Source: Amoebophrya sp. A120 | Taxonomy: Eukaryota; Protista; Dinoflagellata | Assembly (NCBI GenBank): GCA_905178155.1 | Contig: CAJINV010000005.1 | Span: 3,230,833 to 3,294,832, forward strand | Direction of reading: 5' to 3' | Length of the DNA stretch: 64,000 nt | Translations under genes and position numbers: made by a program | Notes under the pieces: generated by a model | Databases searched by the model: none | The model's input: only the letters and a program-made list of their open reading frames with translations | What the model was told of the DNA's origin: nothing | Shown here: one piece after another, positions 1 through 12,891 of the stretch | How the letters are laid out: each line of letters starts with the position of its first letter | How positions within the stretch are numbered: position 1 is the stretch's first letter

Positions 1-3000
1 TGAACGGCACGTTCATGAACCCAGATTTCCCGGACGACGCCCAGCTTCTAAACGAATTCCCCGCCTATCCGAGAAAAAAACGTTGTTCGTGTAAATTTGT
101 GATGCGCAACATGCAAGATGATTGCGTCTGTCATGCTGGGCATGCATCGTGGGGTCCATTCAAGGGCGTGCTCACGTAGAATCTGCGCATGGCAGGCTTC
201 TGTTGTCATATGTAGTGAGGTCACCGAACGGTTCTAACCAGGGAGTTTTTTTGACAGCTACCCTGAAAAACGACCGGCAGTTTTCAAGCGGCCGGAGGCG
301 TTTTTTGACATAAAAAATTTTTAATTATCAAGCGGACGGGGCTTTGCCGTCAAACAAGCCCGGTCGAAAACTATCGATTCGCACTTGATAAAACGACGCA
401 GGGGAGCCGGCAAAAGGGCCCTTCTGAGGCGCCCGCCGCCTTGGTTTCTGGCGATTTGGGGCGCCCAAAAAGGGGCGCGCAAAAAACGCGCCCAAAATCA
501 GAACAGCGAGACAGCATGGCACGGCCGCGATTTCGGAGCATTTTGGGCGGCCGCGAAAGCGGCCGCCTTTTCGCCGGTTTCAGAGCCTGGGAAGCTTTGC
601 AAAAGGCGCCGGCGTGAAAAATAAAAACGCGACAAAGAAAAAGCGCTCCAGACGCGCAAAGCCAATCCGCATGCTATGGGCCCGATTTTCCTTCGCTTTT
701 TGGGCGCCCCCCGTGGCACCCGGATCGGCCCCATAGCATGGGGGCTGGCCTTCGGGAAGGAACTTCGGGAATTTGCCAAAATTTGCGATGTTTATCAAGC
801 GGCCGCCATACCGTGCGGCCTAACGTTACTCACGGCGGTATGGCGAGCCCAGAAAAAGCAAAGCCGCGGCCAAGGCGATGGCCGGCAAGAAAACGCCCAA
901 CGACCTCACTACCTCCGCCCCGGCGGCTATATTTGGTAACAGAGATATTTGCAATGCTGATCCTTCAAGAATGTTACACCTACAATCTTTTTTTCTTGGA
1001 TACCGCCCTGCGGAGGATCAATTTCGCCACGACAAGGGCACGGTACCACAACATACCCAACCCGTACGCAAACAATGTGACCGGGGCGTGGCTATCCAAG
1101 GTAAATTCTACGATACCAGGTCGTCATCTGGGTCCGAAGACATGCAACGCTTTGTAAAGTTGTAGTTCCTTCATAACGGGCAGCGCTTGCTTGTATACGA
1201 CAAACCATGTACGCAAAACACGATCCCCTTCGAGCAGTAAGCAGTTTTTTGCTCCTGCATTCGAACTGTGCAGGTTTGTTTCATATCTGCATCTCTATGA
1301 AACTGATCCAGACCCGACTCAGGCAACATGTAGTTTGCCATGCATAATTTCCCGGTATGGAGAAGTGTAAGAACCTGACGGCGGTGGAAATCAGCGGCAA
1401 CAAGATCACAGACCTGCCTAATTTGTGGAGGAACGGGGACACGCTGCGAACGCTGGCCGCGTCGAGGAATAGAATAAAGTGCTTCATAGTTTATTTTCGA
1501 TTTTATTTTATTTTGTCAACCTGCGTGATTTTTCGTGAATACTTGATAATTATAGCTTTAGCTCCACCTATTCCTATTATAGCTGTGAGGAGATGAAGAG
1601 AGTAGAAGTCCTCAGATGAACCACTACTCTTTTTTATTCAACAGCCGTTTCCCGCCGAACCTGATCGCGTTCACGATGCTCGAGACCCTGGACCTCGCCC
1701 ACAACCTGATGGCCCAGCCCTTCCCCAAGACCTTCGGGAAGAACATGGTGCGCGCGCGGTCGGTATGCCTTGCAACTATGTCATCTAGGTCTGGAAAGGA
1801 GGAACTTCTGATGCTTGTCTTGCATGAGTGCCAAATCTGTGTTGCATGAGCAGCAAAACAAGTTGTGCTTTTTTTGTCATGCAAAGACGCGCTTTGTGTT
1901 TGTAATGCGCACAACGCATGAGAAGACGCTTGGAAAATCAAAATTAAGATTTGTCATGGTCCACTGCACTGAAAGGCGCACAGAATTATGATCATGCAGC
2001 ATCACAAGTTTCCAGACATCAAGGGAGATTTGCACTTGATAGTTGGTGCGACTGGACAACAACGGGATCACCGGCGACATCGCGGAGGCCCTGGACATGG
2101 CCGACATGAGGAAGATTCTCGTCTTCACCGTAGCACACATATCCCACAGAAAAAGACTGGCAGGGCATCTTTGTAAAAATGCAAAAAATGAATATACAAA
2201 AAAATCTGTCAACATGGGCGAGCCCATAGCATGCTGCTTAGGCTATGAAGTACTTACAGACTTTTTTGGTAGTTCATTTTTGCACTACCTGCCTATCATT
2301 TTCTGTGGGATAACACAACCCGGGGCTGACTGGGGTCTTTCCGAAGGACATCGTGGATAACTTCTGGACGGAAAACGAATTCCTGGCCATCCTGAACACC
2401 TTATGGAAAAATATACACAACTAGGTACTTCTATGTTCTATGCCCCCCGGCCGGCGCCCTAGGTTTTTGATACTGCGCCACTTTAAGGAGGTTTGTGTTT
2501 CTTGTATTGATGAATTTGTGCTGTGCATAGCCTGGTTTTAACTCCACAACCAAATAAGTACACATGCAGTGGATGGTTCTCAACGGACCTTGGGTTGCGA
2601 ACAATGCGACTGTAGTTAATTGAGATTCGTCTCTACTTGGATCGTGGTGTGCCTTCATTTCGTGCCAGAGCACTAGAAATCCTGTGCATAGAAGCACTAG
2701 TTTCCGGTTGCATACCTCACGATGTACGGAACTATCGCCGGTCTGTGTCTCGACGTGCCTTACTGCATGCTATCAACAGCAAAAATGTCTGGGTCTGGAA
2801 GAGTCGGGACCTGTCATGTACATTTTGCATGACCCGTGAGGTCTTTGATGCTGGTGCTAGCATCACAGATTTTTTGAGAGCTTCTTGATGCTAATTACGC
2901 ATGAGAAATGCCCTCTCCGCGTGCCAAGAACTGACTCGTCTTGCTGCTCATGCAACACAGAAACACAGATACTTTTAGAATCCGCAGACAGCATTACTCT

Positions 3001-3488
3001 TCCAGACCCAGACATTTTTGCAATCCATACATGCGCTACATGTATAACACCGACCCGGCGCAGGGCGGGCACGGCGATCAGACGTGGGTCAACGGCATGG
3101 ATCCGGTCATCCAAGAGGTGCTCGAATTAGCGATGACCGGGGGCTATCCAATGCAACAAATATGTCTGGATCTGCAATGCTGAAGTTTGGATGAGTGCTT
3201 TGACTCTTTCAAGTGCACGACCAAAGGAAGGATGATAAGTTTGTTCCACCTTGACTCATGCATCGCAAGCATCACGAAAAACTATCTTTTGGCACGACAG
3301 AGAAGATGAAAGCACGTAGCGCTTTTCAATGATGCAGGTCATGCAACAAAGATTCAAGATTCTTGGAAGAATGGAAGACACGCAACACAAGTGTGACTCT
3401 TCCGGGCCTAGACATATTTGCAAGCCATAGGGGTACCACGACCACCACCACTACCACCTTCGACTTCTCCGCGCTGCCGCTTAGGTAG
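1..3488 (+). CDS. Leucine-rich-repeat protein, 5'-truncated by the window; exons ~<1-65, 1008-1092, 1352-1478, 1645-1763, 2047-2139, 2318-2401, 2720-2770, 3035-3144, 3435-3488
   Basis: Splicing out the TIR elements gives one frame with LRR motifs (NLTAVEISGNKITDLP, TLRTLAASRNRI, MLETLDLAHNLM, SVRLDNNGITGDI, VFTVAHNPGLTGVFP), a Thr-rich tail and a TAG stop at 3486-3488. Intron 1479-1644 is GT-AG. Confidence 0.8.
66..1002. mobile_element. Long introner (937 bp) with a GC-rich internal segment
   Basis: TIR tatccgagaaaaaaaacgttg / caatcttttttttcttggata; perfect TSD ccgcc (61-65, 1003-1007); removal gives in-frame FPA|LRRINF. Confidence 0.8.
1093..1346. mobile_element. Degenerate introner (family A-related)
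   Basis: TAT...ATA ends with ctgggtccgaag / tccagacccga remnants. The TSD is eroded, but removing the element plus 5 nt gives in-frame AWP|GMEKCK. Confidence 0.55.
1764..2041. mobile_element. Degenerate family A introner
   Basis: TSD gtcgg/gttgg; ggtctggaaa / tttccagac inverted repeat; frame restored (RS|VRLDNN). Confidence 0.7.
2140..2312. mobile_element. Introner family F
   Basis: TIR tatcccacagaaaa / ttttctgtgggata; TSD acaca; frame restored (AH|NPG). Confidence 0.85.
2402..2714. mobile_element. Degenerate introner
   Basis: TAT...ATA ends and an inverted repeat (actaggtacttctatg / catagaagcactagt). The TSD is eroded; removing the element plus 5 nt restores the frame. Confidence 0.6.
2771..3029. 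mobile_element. Introner family A
   Basis: TIR gcaaaaatgtctgggtctggaagagt; TSD catgc; frame restored (PYCM|RYMY). Confidence 0.9.
3145..3429. mobile_element. Introner family A (diverged)
   Basis: caaatatgtctgga / tagacatatttg inverted repeat; TSD ggggc/ggggt; frame restored. Confidence 0.75.
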
Positions 3489-4359
3489 CATGATACAACA
3501 GCGCCGCAAGAACTCCTTCGTGCTGCCCGCGATGGTGCGCGCTGCGTCACTACTACTTGGCGTACTTGCTACTTCTCTGGGGATAGAGTCAGCTTCGGTG
3601 CTGAAGATGTCAGGAATGAACTAGAGGCAGCCCTACTAGAGGAGATCAAATGGATGAGATAGGGGTGCCTTTGGTTCTTGCACAACACGAGTTCCGGAGG
3701 GAAGTTGCTACCCAATTATGCAGCTGGTATCGTGCAAGAAAGTGACTAGTTAAGTAGTGTCCCAGAAACTTCTGATTGCGTGACCACGTAAGTAGTGCAA
3801 CGGACCTCCACACACATAATGACGAAAGCATGGAAAAAGCTGCGTTGGCGGGTTCTAACATCACGACGCCCGTGATCATGCGCAGGACAGCGAAAAAGAT
3901 TTTTTACAATCTAAGCTCGGTACTACCGTGTTTGTTCCGAAGTTTGACAATGTGGAAGAAGATGAATGAGAACCACAACGCGTAGATGTGAAGTAGGAGT
4001 ACCATAGGCACTTCTTTCTCTAACGAAAAAATGTTCCAGCAGTATTGTGCCCAAGGAAGAAAAAACAAAGATGAGAATGTAGGCTTGATCGATTGATTTG
4101 ATGAGGAAAAAATCGCGTAGGGTCTATCCAACAAAGGTACAAGTGTCAGAAAACTCATATTTTTGTTTTTGAGTAGCTCATGTTTGCGCGACCGCACTTG
4201 TTTTTGATTTTGACTCGTACAGAAGTAGAGGCTGAAAAGTACCAGAGAACACTTTGAGTAAGTACGTTACAACAGTAGAAATACTCACTACGTCGACCTC
4301 AAGAACGCAGACTGTTGTCATCACAGTAGCCCCACCAAGAAAACGCACGAAAAACAAAG

Positions 4360-4750
4360 ATGGACATCGCAGACGGCGATTTCGGCATGCTGGAGTTCAT
4401 CTGGCGCAGCTGCAAGGTGGTCTTCGCCTTGTCTCCGCTGATCGGAATGGTCGCGCTTTTCGTGCTATGCATTGCAAAAGTACTATCGCACTAGTAGAAG
4501 GCGTGTACATCGCATGACAAACCGTATCCATTTTCAGGTATAGAAAAAATGGAGTTTTTCATGCAGATTCAGCTACTGACCCTGACCGTGACGTAGAACT
4601 GCTCCACATATCTGTCATGCGAGATTGCAATTCGTAAGGGTATGATGTCACTTTTGCAGGGCATACATGATGGCGTACGACGATCCCGCGGCCGAGAAGA
4701 AGAAGCGGGATGCTGATTTTGATTTCGCTTTAGCGGGGAACGAGGAGTAG
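4360..4750 (+). CDS. Small single-pass membrane protein (~61 aa), exons 4360-4465 and 4671-4750
   Basis: The spliced product MDIADGDFGMLEFIWRSCKVVFALSPLIGMVALFVLAYDDPAAEKKKRDADFDFALAGNEE* has one hydrophobic stretch. It is visible only after removing the introner. Confidence 0.6.
4466..4665. mobile_element. Introner family C-like
   Basis: tatgcattgcaaaagta / cacttttgcagggcata; TSD cgtgc/catga (2 mismatches). Confidence 0.7.
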
Positions 4751-5932
4751 GAGGACGAGAGGACGCGCCGTGAACGTGATGATAGAGCAGTAAAACTACT
4801 AAAATGCAGCGCTGTCAACAACTTCAACTACGACGTCAACTACTCAGCACAACTTCTTTGGTCAGATTTTGAATCGTCTGTGCGGAAGGGGTCAGTACTG
4901 ATTCCGTAAAACCATCGACCACGGGTCTTTACGAAAGGAGCTAAGTACAAAGTTGGTTTTGATAAAGCGGAATCGAACAAGAAGGGCCAACTTTACCAGG
5001 GCTGTTCCTGTTGCGTCGTCGGGATTATTTCGGCCTTCCAACCGCAAAGAACTGCTCGACAGCATGCTTTCGAAGAAAGGTGATTTCCAAAGAACTTCAG
5101 ACTCTGCCTCCTGCTCCATATAACATTTCTAAGCACGACGTTTTCTACCCACACGACCCAGTTTTCCCGAATTCGCTTATGCTGTCTGGGTAACGAAACA
5201 TCGCCACGACCCGCCCCGACGTTCTATTTGATATTCAAAAATAGCATCTACTACGTACTGCACCAACGCCGCAGGTGTAGCTTCGCTGGTTGAAGTTGGA
5301 CTGAGTGGTCAGTGTGCACTTGCGGGGTGATTTTTTTGCTGCTCTTGATGACTTTTGTTCCTCGCTCACGCTCGCGACCAAGTTTTATCTGTGCGTTTCA
5401 GTTCGTGAAAGCGTGATGTCTCTAAGGTCGGTAGTACCGGAAATGATTGAGATAGTACTTACACACGACGTTCATCACCGGGCACTTGTATCTGCCTCTG
5501 TTCTTGTGATCTGCATCGATCTGAACGCTCTCCAAGGACAACGAAGTAGCCAGGTGCTGTGCGCGTCATTGTCGACAGTTCAGTTCCATACAAGATGATC
5601 TACTAGCTACTTCGTGAGGTTCAGACAACATTGTCGTGGTCTGGTCGTGTAGTTTCACTAGACGCGCTACTTTGACTCTGATGAACGTGAACCGCGACAG
5701 AGGGGCGCTTTCAGATGTTTGAATCTGGATGTTGTACGTGAAGATCTATTCGCTCTGGAACAACTACTGTAGTGAAGCGGTTAAGTAATAACGCATATCT
5801 TCTGGTTGTGGTTTCACGTTCATCAAGCCTAGCAGGCTTTGACGGAGCAATTGCGATTTAAAGAAGGTTGCTATATAAACGCACTGCGTAAAAAATGTAA
5901 AATGATACAGAAGTAAGAAGTGGTACAAGAAA

Positions 5933-8900
5933 ATGGGAGAGCACAGCCTGATCGGGGACGATGGCTCGGCGGTACAGCCTACATCGTCTTCGTGCTCCAG
6001 CTCCTCGACAGTGCATCAACCGCCCGAGCGCAAAACACAGCAGGTAAAAGAACGTGAGAGTTCTTGCAGCCGACGCGAGGAGACGAACATGACGAGCACA
6101 AAAACTACCCTCGAGCCCGGGGAAAAATCCGAATCACGAGAAACCGAAATAAATCTTTTTTCTGCGATGCAGAAGCAGAAGCAGCGCCGTAAGGCCGACT
6201 TGCACCTGAAATTCGGCGACTTGTGCGAACGCGGGAAAAACTTTGAGAAAGCCTACGAGCAGTACGGAAAAGCGGTTTCGATACTGCGGGACGAGGTGCA
6301 GCTGTTGGAGCAGAGGCAGAGCAAGAAAGATCCGGATGATGATCTTGACAGAGCTGCGCCGCGAAACGAGGAGAATTTGGTTGGGGACTCTTGTTCTACA
6401 ACAACATCGCCGGCACCGACGAAGTTAAAAATAGTGCAACATCGTCGCCGACGACCTGCAGAAGCGGAAGCGCTGGCTGCCCTGGGACGTGTTTGCGTGA
6501 AGTTAAAGAGGTTGGATGAAGCGGAGGCTTGTTTTCAAGAATGTTTGCAACTAGTTTTGAAGAACGTGACATCTGTGGTCGGCGATAGAAGTGGAGGTCC
6601 ACGAGGAGGAGAAGTGGTACGCGACAGAGAGGGAACTACAACCGGAGGAGAGCACACGAAAAACTCGGATCACCACGATGAAACGCCTGTGTCAGGAGTG
6701 GAACAGATTTTACTGCGGCTTCAGAGCGTTTTTAGTGCGCCGGATCGAGTTGGTAGTCCTTTCGGCCTGGAATCATCGGAGATGAGGGCGGTAGAGTATC
6801 GTAGAGGTAGCTCCGCAAGTGGGACGAGCACGACATCGGCAACTTATCCGCGTGATGAAGGCGTCATTGCAAATCCAGATGAAGCTGCTAACGAAGCGCA
6901 TATTACTGACGAGCGGAAAGACATATCAGAATCAGCCGCACAGAGGGAAGACCGCGCTGATTTGACTCAACCACCTAGAAAAAGTGCAAAAACTACAAGC
7001 AGGATAGTGCTGAACAGGTCACCTTCACAAAAAGAGATTTTTGCGCCTTTTTTATGCGAAGTTCTGGTGAATCTGTCGAACGTGTATTTCAGGCCGTTCG
7101 ACGACGAGGAGGAGGATTTGAAGACTCCGCACCGGACTGGAAGAGAGAGCGGCGAGGGCGACGAAAAATCCCCACCAGCTTCGACTTGCTGTGCGGCCAG
7201 TGGTAGTTGTGCACCAGCAGTCGAAAGAACAAAGGCAAAAATGCCAACTTCAACTTGTGTCCTTCGTCCGTCTCCGTGCGCCTCAGGAACGCCCAACAGA
7301 AAGGTTGCCTGGGCCCTCGCTCTGTCCTGCTGTGAAACCGCCCGAGTTATCGAGCCCTTCGCCCCGGAGGCGATCATGCAGTCGTCGAACGTTTTGCGCG
7401 CTTTGGGTCGGTATGAATTGCAAAAATGTCTGGGTCTGGGAGATTGCCAGACTTGTCATGCAGGTTTTCCATGATCCATGGGGTCTGGTATGTAGCACAT
7501 AGCATGACAGATTCTGTGAAAGTTCTATCATGCCTATCCTGCATGAGAAACTGCCTGTCGATTAGGTCAAAAGTGGACAGCTTTATTTGGTAATCATGCA
7601 ACACAGATTTTTACAGGATTCAGATATAGCATGACAAGTTGCATTCCAGACACTTTTGCAATCCATAGTCGGCGGAGGGAAGCGATTCGGCTGGTTTGGG
7701 ACGCGGTGGCGCAGGAGTTGGGATCGGGTCCAGGATATGCATTGCAAATATGTCTGGGTCTGGAAACTTGTAATGCTAAAAGTGAATGATCGACGCACTG
7801 CAATACGCAGCTACGCATGACAAATAATTTGGCTGCCATGTCTTACGTATTCCGCATGGCACACTGCGTTTTTGCGTGACAGGTAAGAGGACTTTTTCGT
7901 GCCTATGCAACACAGATTCTCGAGTCATTCCAGACAAGCATGACAAACTTGCATTCTTCCAGACCCAGACACTTTTGCATTTGATACAGGAGGAGTTGCG
8001 GAAGACGAGGGAAATTGTAATCAGAAGCACGATGGGTATACTGGTCCACGACCGCGGGAAGGGTTGCCAGAAGATTCTCGCTCGTCCTGCTCGACCACTA
8101 CTTTAACAGAGGCCCCGTCACCGCCTGCGGTAGAAAAAACTACTAGTAGTTCAGGGAGTACACATGTGGTAAAAAAGGAAAGGCGTTTGGACGGAAAAAA
8201 TGACAAAATGGGCTTGTTCGAGACGCGCGAGGATCCCGTTGGTGATCCAGAAGATCCTCCTCACCGACGGGATCATGAAGCCGCGGTCGTCTTCGTGTGC
8301 GTTTTGTGGGGCGACAAGGTCTACACGCCGGAAGACGTTAACAAGCTGTATTGTGGAGTGTGCCGAAACTGGCACGATCATGATGAACGTACTGGAAAGT
8401 CGGAAAAAAACGATAGTATCAAGAACGATTCCGGGAGCGGGCAAATAACTACTACAACTCAGAATTCAGCATGTCCGACGTCGACAAATGCAGAAGAAGG
8501 CGGTTCCGGTAAAAAGAACGCGGCCCGCCTTGCTCCACCGTTTTATTGCTTTACTGATCAGATACAGGAACACGATCTATTCTCGTCGTGCAGACATGAA
8601 CCGTTTAATCAGCAGCCCCCGAGCACGACTTCGACTGGTGTCAAAACGGAAAGACCTCCTGCACCAATAGCTGCTGCTACAGCTGCCTCTTCGACCTTCC
8701 ACCCGGACATCAAACTTTGCCCGCTCCCAAAAACCAAGTTCGGCTGGTGGGGCAAGGCGTTTCTGTTCTCCGACTGTGCCCAACGTCTGATGCAGTTTCC
8801 GCGAAAGGTGATTTTTCTCGATTTGGACCAAGTCATCGTCGGAGGGTTGACGGACTGGCTTGATGGCGCATCATATCAAAAGTAAAAATGTCTGGGTCTG

Positions 8901-10286
8901 GAAACTTGCGATGCTGGGTGGCGTCTCATGATGAGGCAACAGATGCTGGCTCAGCATGACAAGTTTCTGAGCTCCTAGGTGTTGCCTATTCTGCATGACA
9001 GACTGCGCTTCTGCATCACAGAAAAACGGAGCTCTTGGGTAACGTGCATGACAGATTTAAGAGTCATGCCAGACAAGCATGACAAACATGAATTTTTCCA
9101 GACGGACCCAGACACTTTTACAGTTGATACATCACGAGGTCCTCCATCATTATCTGGATTTTCCACTACACGTAGTGGAGTACTACTATCTTCTTCACCG
9201 CCGGCGGCGGCCACAAGGAAAGCTGCACCGTCTGCGACTGTAAACGCGTCTGCTGAAGGTCGACTACTTGCGGACGGTTTTGCTCAAGAAGAAAATTATC
9301 CACCAGCGCCTGTAGAAGAAGAGGATCGTCACCGGCGCCCCGCCGGCGTTGTTGAAAAGAACCTTGATGACTTTCTATTACTCTCCACCTGCACTCTGCA
9401 ATGCGAAATCGCCAAAGACGACGGATACAATTCCTCCGTGATGGTGTGGTATCCACCCTTTCCTTCCGCTTATTTTCCACCGCCGCTGCCTGAAGATGAT
9501 CATGATAGGGCAAGCGTCGAAATGCAGCAGCCGAGTCAACATGTTGTCGGCCCTGGGCGAGAAGATGTAGATGAGAAAAACGGCACCCACGACGTGCAGC
9601 AAGAAATAAAGCGGGCCTTCTTCCATCACCTCTCCCTGCAGAATGACACTATTATCGCGCAGACAAAAGCTAGCACAGCGTATTTGTAAAAATGCAGAAA
9701 TAGTTATAGTGAATACTATGCACAAGCACAGAAGTGAAGTAGAATTAGAAAAAATCTGTCATGAGCGATCCCTCATCGTTCTGGTTCAGGTATGCAAGAC
9801 GGATTTTTGCGTGTTTCTAAGTATTTGTTTTGGCATACGAAAAGTGGTGCGCTAGCTTTTTGTTTTTTCTGTGGGATAGCTGTCTTTCAAGCGGTCACGA
9901 AGTACTGCCACCGGTTTGACCACTGGTTGGAAATGAATCTTTTCGACGGGCACGGGGGTCGAGATGAGGATGTGATTACGAGGTTCGCGGATCCTCGTCC
10001 GGATCAAAATACGAGGGCATGTTCCGCATCGCTACTTCCACCAAGGCTACTGCGCTCCTTTCTCCAGGTCAAATTCATCCAAAACGTGTTTGGAAGGGAC
10101 AAGGTCGTGGACTTTTGGCGCATGGAGCAGTTACTTGCTGGCGTCGACAGGAGCGTGTCTGCCGGGAAAGAGACTGCCATTGTCACGTTTCCGAGGAGTC
10201 CGAAGCCAGGGGACGTGGTGGACAAGTGTGTCTGGGTGAGGGAAAATTGGAAGGCTGAGAAGGCGAAGACGACTCGCGTTCTTTGA
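5933..10286 (+). CDS. TPR-repeat plus GT-A-fold glycosyltransferase-like protein; exons 5933-7411, 7673-7735, 7992-8873, 9135-9652, 9884-10286
   Basis: TPR motifs (LHLKFGDLCERGKNFEKAYEQYGKAV, ALAALGRVCVKLKRLDEAEACFQECL). C-terminal GT motifs CVLWGDKVY, FYCFTD, GWWGKAFLF, IFLDLD (DxD), YNSSVM and IVTFPRSPKP. All four joins are in frame. Confidence 0.8.
7412..7667. mobile_element. Introner family A
   Basis: TIR present; perfect TSD gtcgg. Confidence 0.9.
7736..7986. mobile_element. Introner family A
   Basis: TIR present; perfect TSD cagga. Confidence 0.9.
8874..9129. mobile_element. Introner family A
   Basis: TIR present; perfect TSD catca. Confidence 0.9.
9653..9878. mobile_element. Introner family F-like
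   Basis: tatcgcgcagacaaaagctagc / gctagctttttgttttttctgtgggata; TSD actat/gctgt; frame restored (NDTI|FQAV). Confidence 0.7.
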
Positions 10287-10782
10287 GCTCTTCTCCTACC
10301 GAATCCTGACTACAACTTCGCGATCAGTTATTGTCCCCGCACACAGTCCACACACACGGGTCGCGACTCGACTGAACTCCCTTAACTACAAGTTGCCCAC
10401 TGTTCAACTGCTTCGGTGTTCAGATGATCCTTGATACACCATAGAGTTACTTAGTCGTGCTGCAGCAAAAAGTAAATAACGATGTTGAAGAAGCGAATGG
10501 TCTCGCGCCGTTCTTCGGTGCTGCGGAAAGGCAGTGCCAGTTTTTTTCTTTGCGGAAGAGTACACGTTGTTCATGTTCTCTTTGGAGACGCAGTCGCGCA
10601 AACAAATATGTTAAGTTTGTCCCGCCCCGTAAATGCATTTGAATTCGGTAATTGCTATGATTTTATGAAAGACATGCAAGATGAGCGGGGCATTTCTGAA
10701 TTCTGATTCAGTTCTGTATTCGTTACGTTTAGATGGCCTCCGGTTGGATAGTCGGTACGTATTTTTCATGACCCTCCTGGTC

Positions 10783-11776
10783 CTGAGCGTGCTATTGTCA
10801 ATCGGTCTTCAGCTGTGAGTTTTGGCTCCTGTCGGTTTGATTGCGTTGTGAAAAAAGTGACTCGGGTCCGTGTGCGTGCCGTTATATGAAACAATATCGG
10901 TCTGAGGCCGAAGCCGAACTGCATTTGCGAGCTGGAATACGCACACTGTATTCATGTCGTTACTTAAGTTGACAGTCCTTCTTGTTGCCGTCGGTGTGAG
11001 CAACGAGTTCGGTTAGGCCACGACTGAAGCCGCTGGTCGAACGGGGTTCGTGTATGATCGTAAATAGCAAGACTTGCGATTGTTGTGTTTTTCACCGTCT
11101 TGCGTCTGTTGAACAGCCGATTACATTGATTTTGATTTTTCCGACTTGCTCCAGCTCTAATTGATGATTTTGACTATCCTAAATCCCTCTCGGTATCGGT
11201 TCACTTTAAGACCTCCTTTCGACTTGTATTTTTTCTGCGAATCCCTACGACAAATCGACTTGCTAAAACAACCTCTCAAATCGCTCCGAGCAACAACGCA
11301 AGGAGGACTAAAACTACCTACGTGAAGATCCTATCTTTCACTCAATTGCTTCGAACACAAAAATGACGATCGCCAAGAGCTGCATGCCGAACGCTCCCGC
11401 CGCACCTGCTGATGCGACTTCTTTACCGTTTTCGCAGGACGAGACGCCGGACTTGGCCGCGTCGACGTGTGGCCAAGACCGTGGTCCACCCACTGCAAAG
11501 AAGGACGGACCGAAGACGAGCGATAAATCCGTGCCCACGGGTCCCGAGGTGCACAACTACATGAAGCGCGCCGGCAAGCGCAAGCAGGTGGTAATGCACC
11601 GCTACAAGAAGCTGGAGCTCCGCTACACCTGTCAGCTGAGACACGACAAGAAGACCAAGCTGGGGGCCGCCGCAGCGGCCGTTGGGGCGCAGACGGTCGG
11701 CTTTGTGTCGGTCATGGTTGATGGCGTGCAGGGCGTGCGGACCCAGAACTTGCTGAAGCAGAAGGCGGCGCGCCTG
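10783..11776 (+). repeat. ~1-kb direct repeat, copy 1 (upstream region plus 5' CDS of the duplicated gene)
   Basis: Clearly alignable by eye, with scattered substitutions and indels, to 25243-26254. Confidence 0.85.
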
Positions 11777-12891
11777 CCGGAAAAGGGCGAGCAAATCGGT
11801 GATGGAGCAGGTGTCGCTGGTGTTGAGTTGTCCTCGGCCGCCTCGTCCGCCGATGTGCAAGCGTCGTCTGGCGGGGGACATGCGGAGCAAGACTTTGCTG
11901 TGACCATTGCGGGCGACCAACGTTCTGACGTTGCGGGCGTGGCTCTGGGTGAAGGTGGTCAGCCCGAGAAGACGAAAAAAACGGCGTTTCTGGCGAAGAC
12001 GGGCACGGGCGTCGTGCGGCAGAAGAAAAAGTTGCTGGCCGGCGGCGCCCAGGGTACTTGCTTTTCTTTGGCAACTTTCCTTACAACAAAGATGAAATTC
12101 GTCATTTAGCAGCCAGGCTCCCTTGATGTTCTGTTGAATGATGGTCGTTTGAGTTAGTATGACCAGCTCTTACTAGAGAGAGGGGATAATGCTCGTCTTT
12201 CGAAAGCAGCTGCTGAGAACGAGAAGTAGAAGCTGGTACAAGCGGAAACGTGATCTAGGAAATATAGAGCATTTTATCTATGTCGCATTGATGTTTTACA
12301 GGCTGCGCGTGGTTTGCTGATCCTGTGGAGCGTCTCGACTGGACACATTTTCGGACAAACGCCTGTGAGCTCGTTGCGAATATCGTAGCGGATTCCGGTA
12401 GTGGAGACGCGGCGACCGCACCCGCAGACGCAATAAAGCCGAAGGCGCAGGCCATCAAGACCAAGGCCAGAACGATGCTGGGAGAAGTTTGGAGAGACAC
12501 TGGAACTTGGCAATCTTTGCAGCACCAGGGCTGCTTCGGCACATCGCTCGGGCAAAAACTCATTCGACTGTCCACACTGTCCGAGTCCTTCTACAACAAC
12601 TCGTCTTGGCGAGCAGGGTTGTGGCACGTGCGAGACGTTGACTTCGCCGCGGCTTCCTTGGCGTGTCAAATTGTCAATAGCGAAGATGAGAAGCGGGGCT
12701 GTGGCGGTGTTGATCAAACTGGTCCTGAAGGTGACAAGGTGCTCTTTGGTGGGGGCTCATCTGATGATACTTCTCACGAAAATAGAATGCAAGCAGCCAA
12801 AGAAGTCTGCAAATCCCACAAGAATTTTGGTCTACAGTCACACGCCAGGTCAATCTGGCGCCGGTTATTTAAGTACTTAGTACCCAACTGA
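11363..12891 (+). CDS. Hypothetical Lys/Ala-rich protein, paralog 1; exons 11363-12053 and 12302-12891
   Basis: GT-AG intron 12054-12301 joins ORF 11363 in frame to ORF 12325. The N-terminal ~135 aa are shared with the gene at 25832. Confidence 0.55.
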
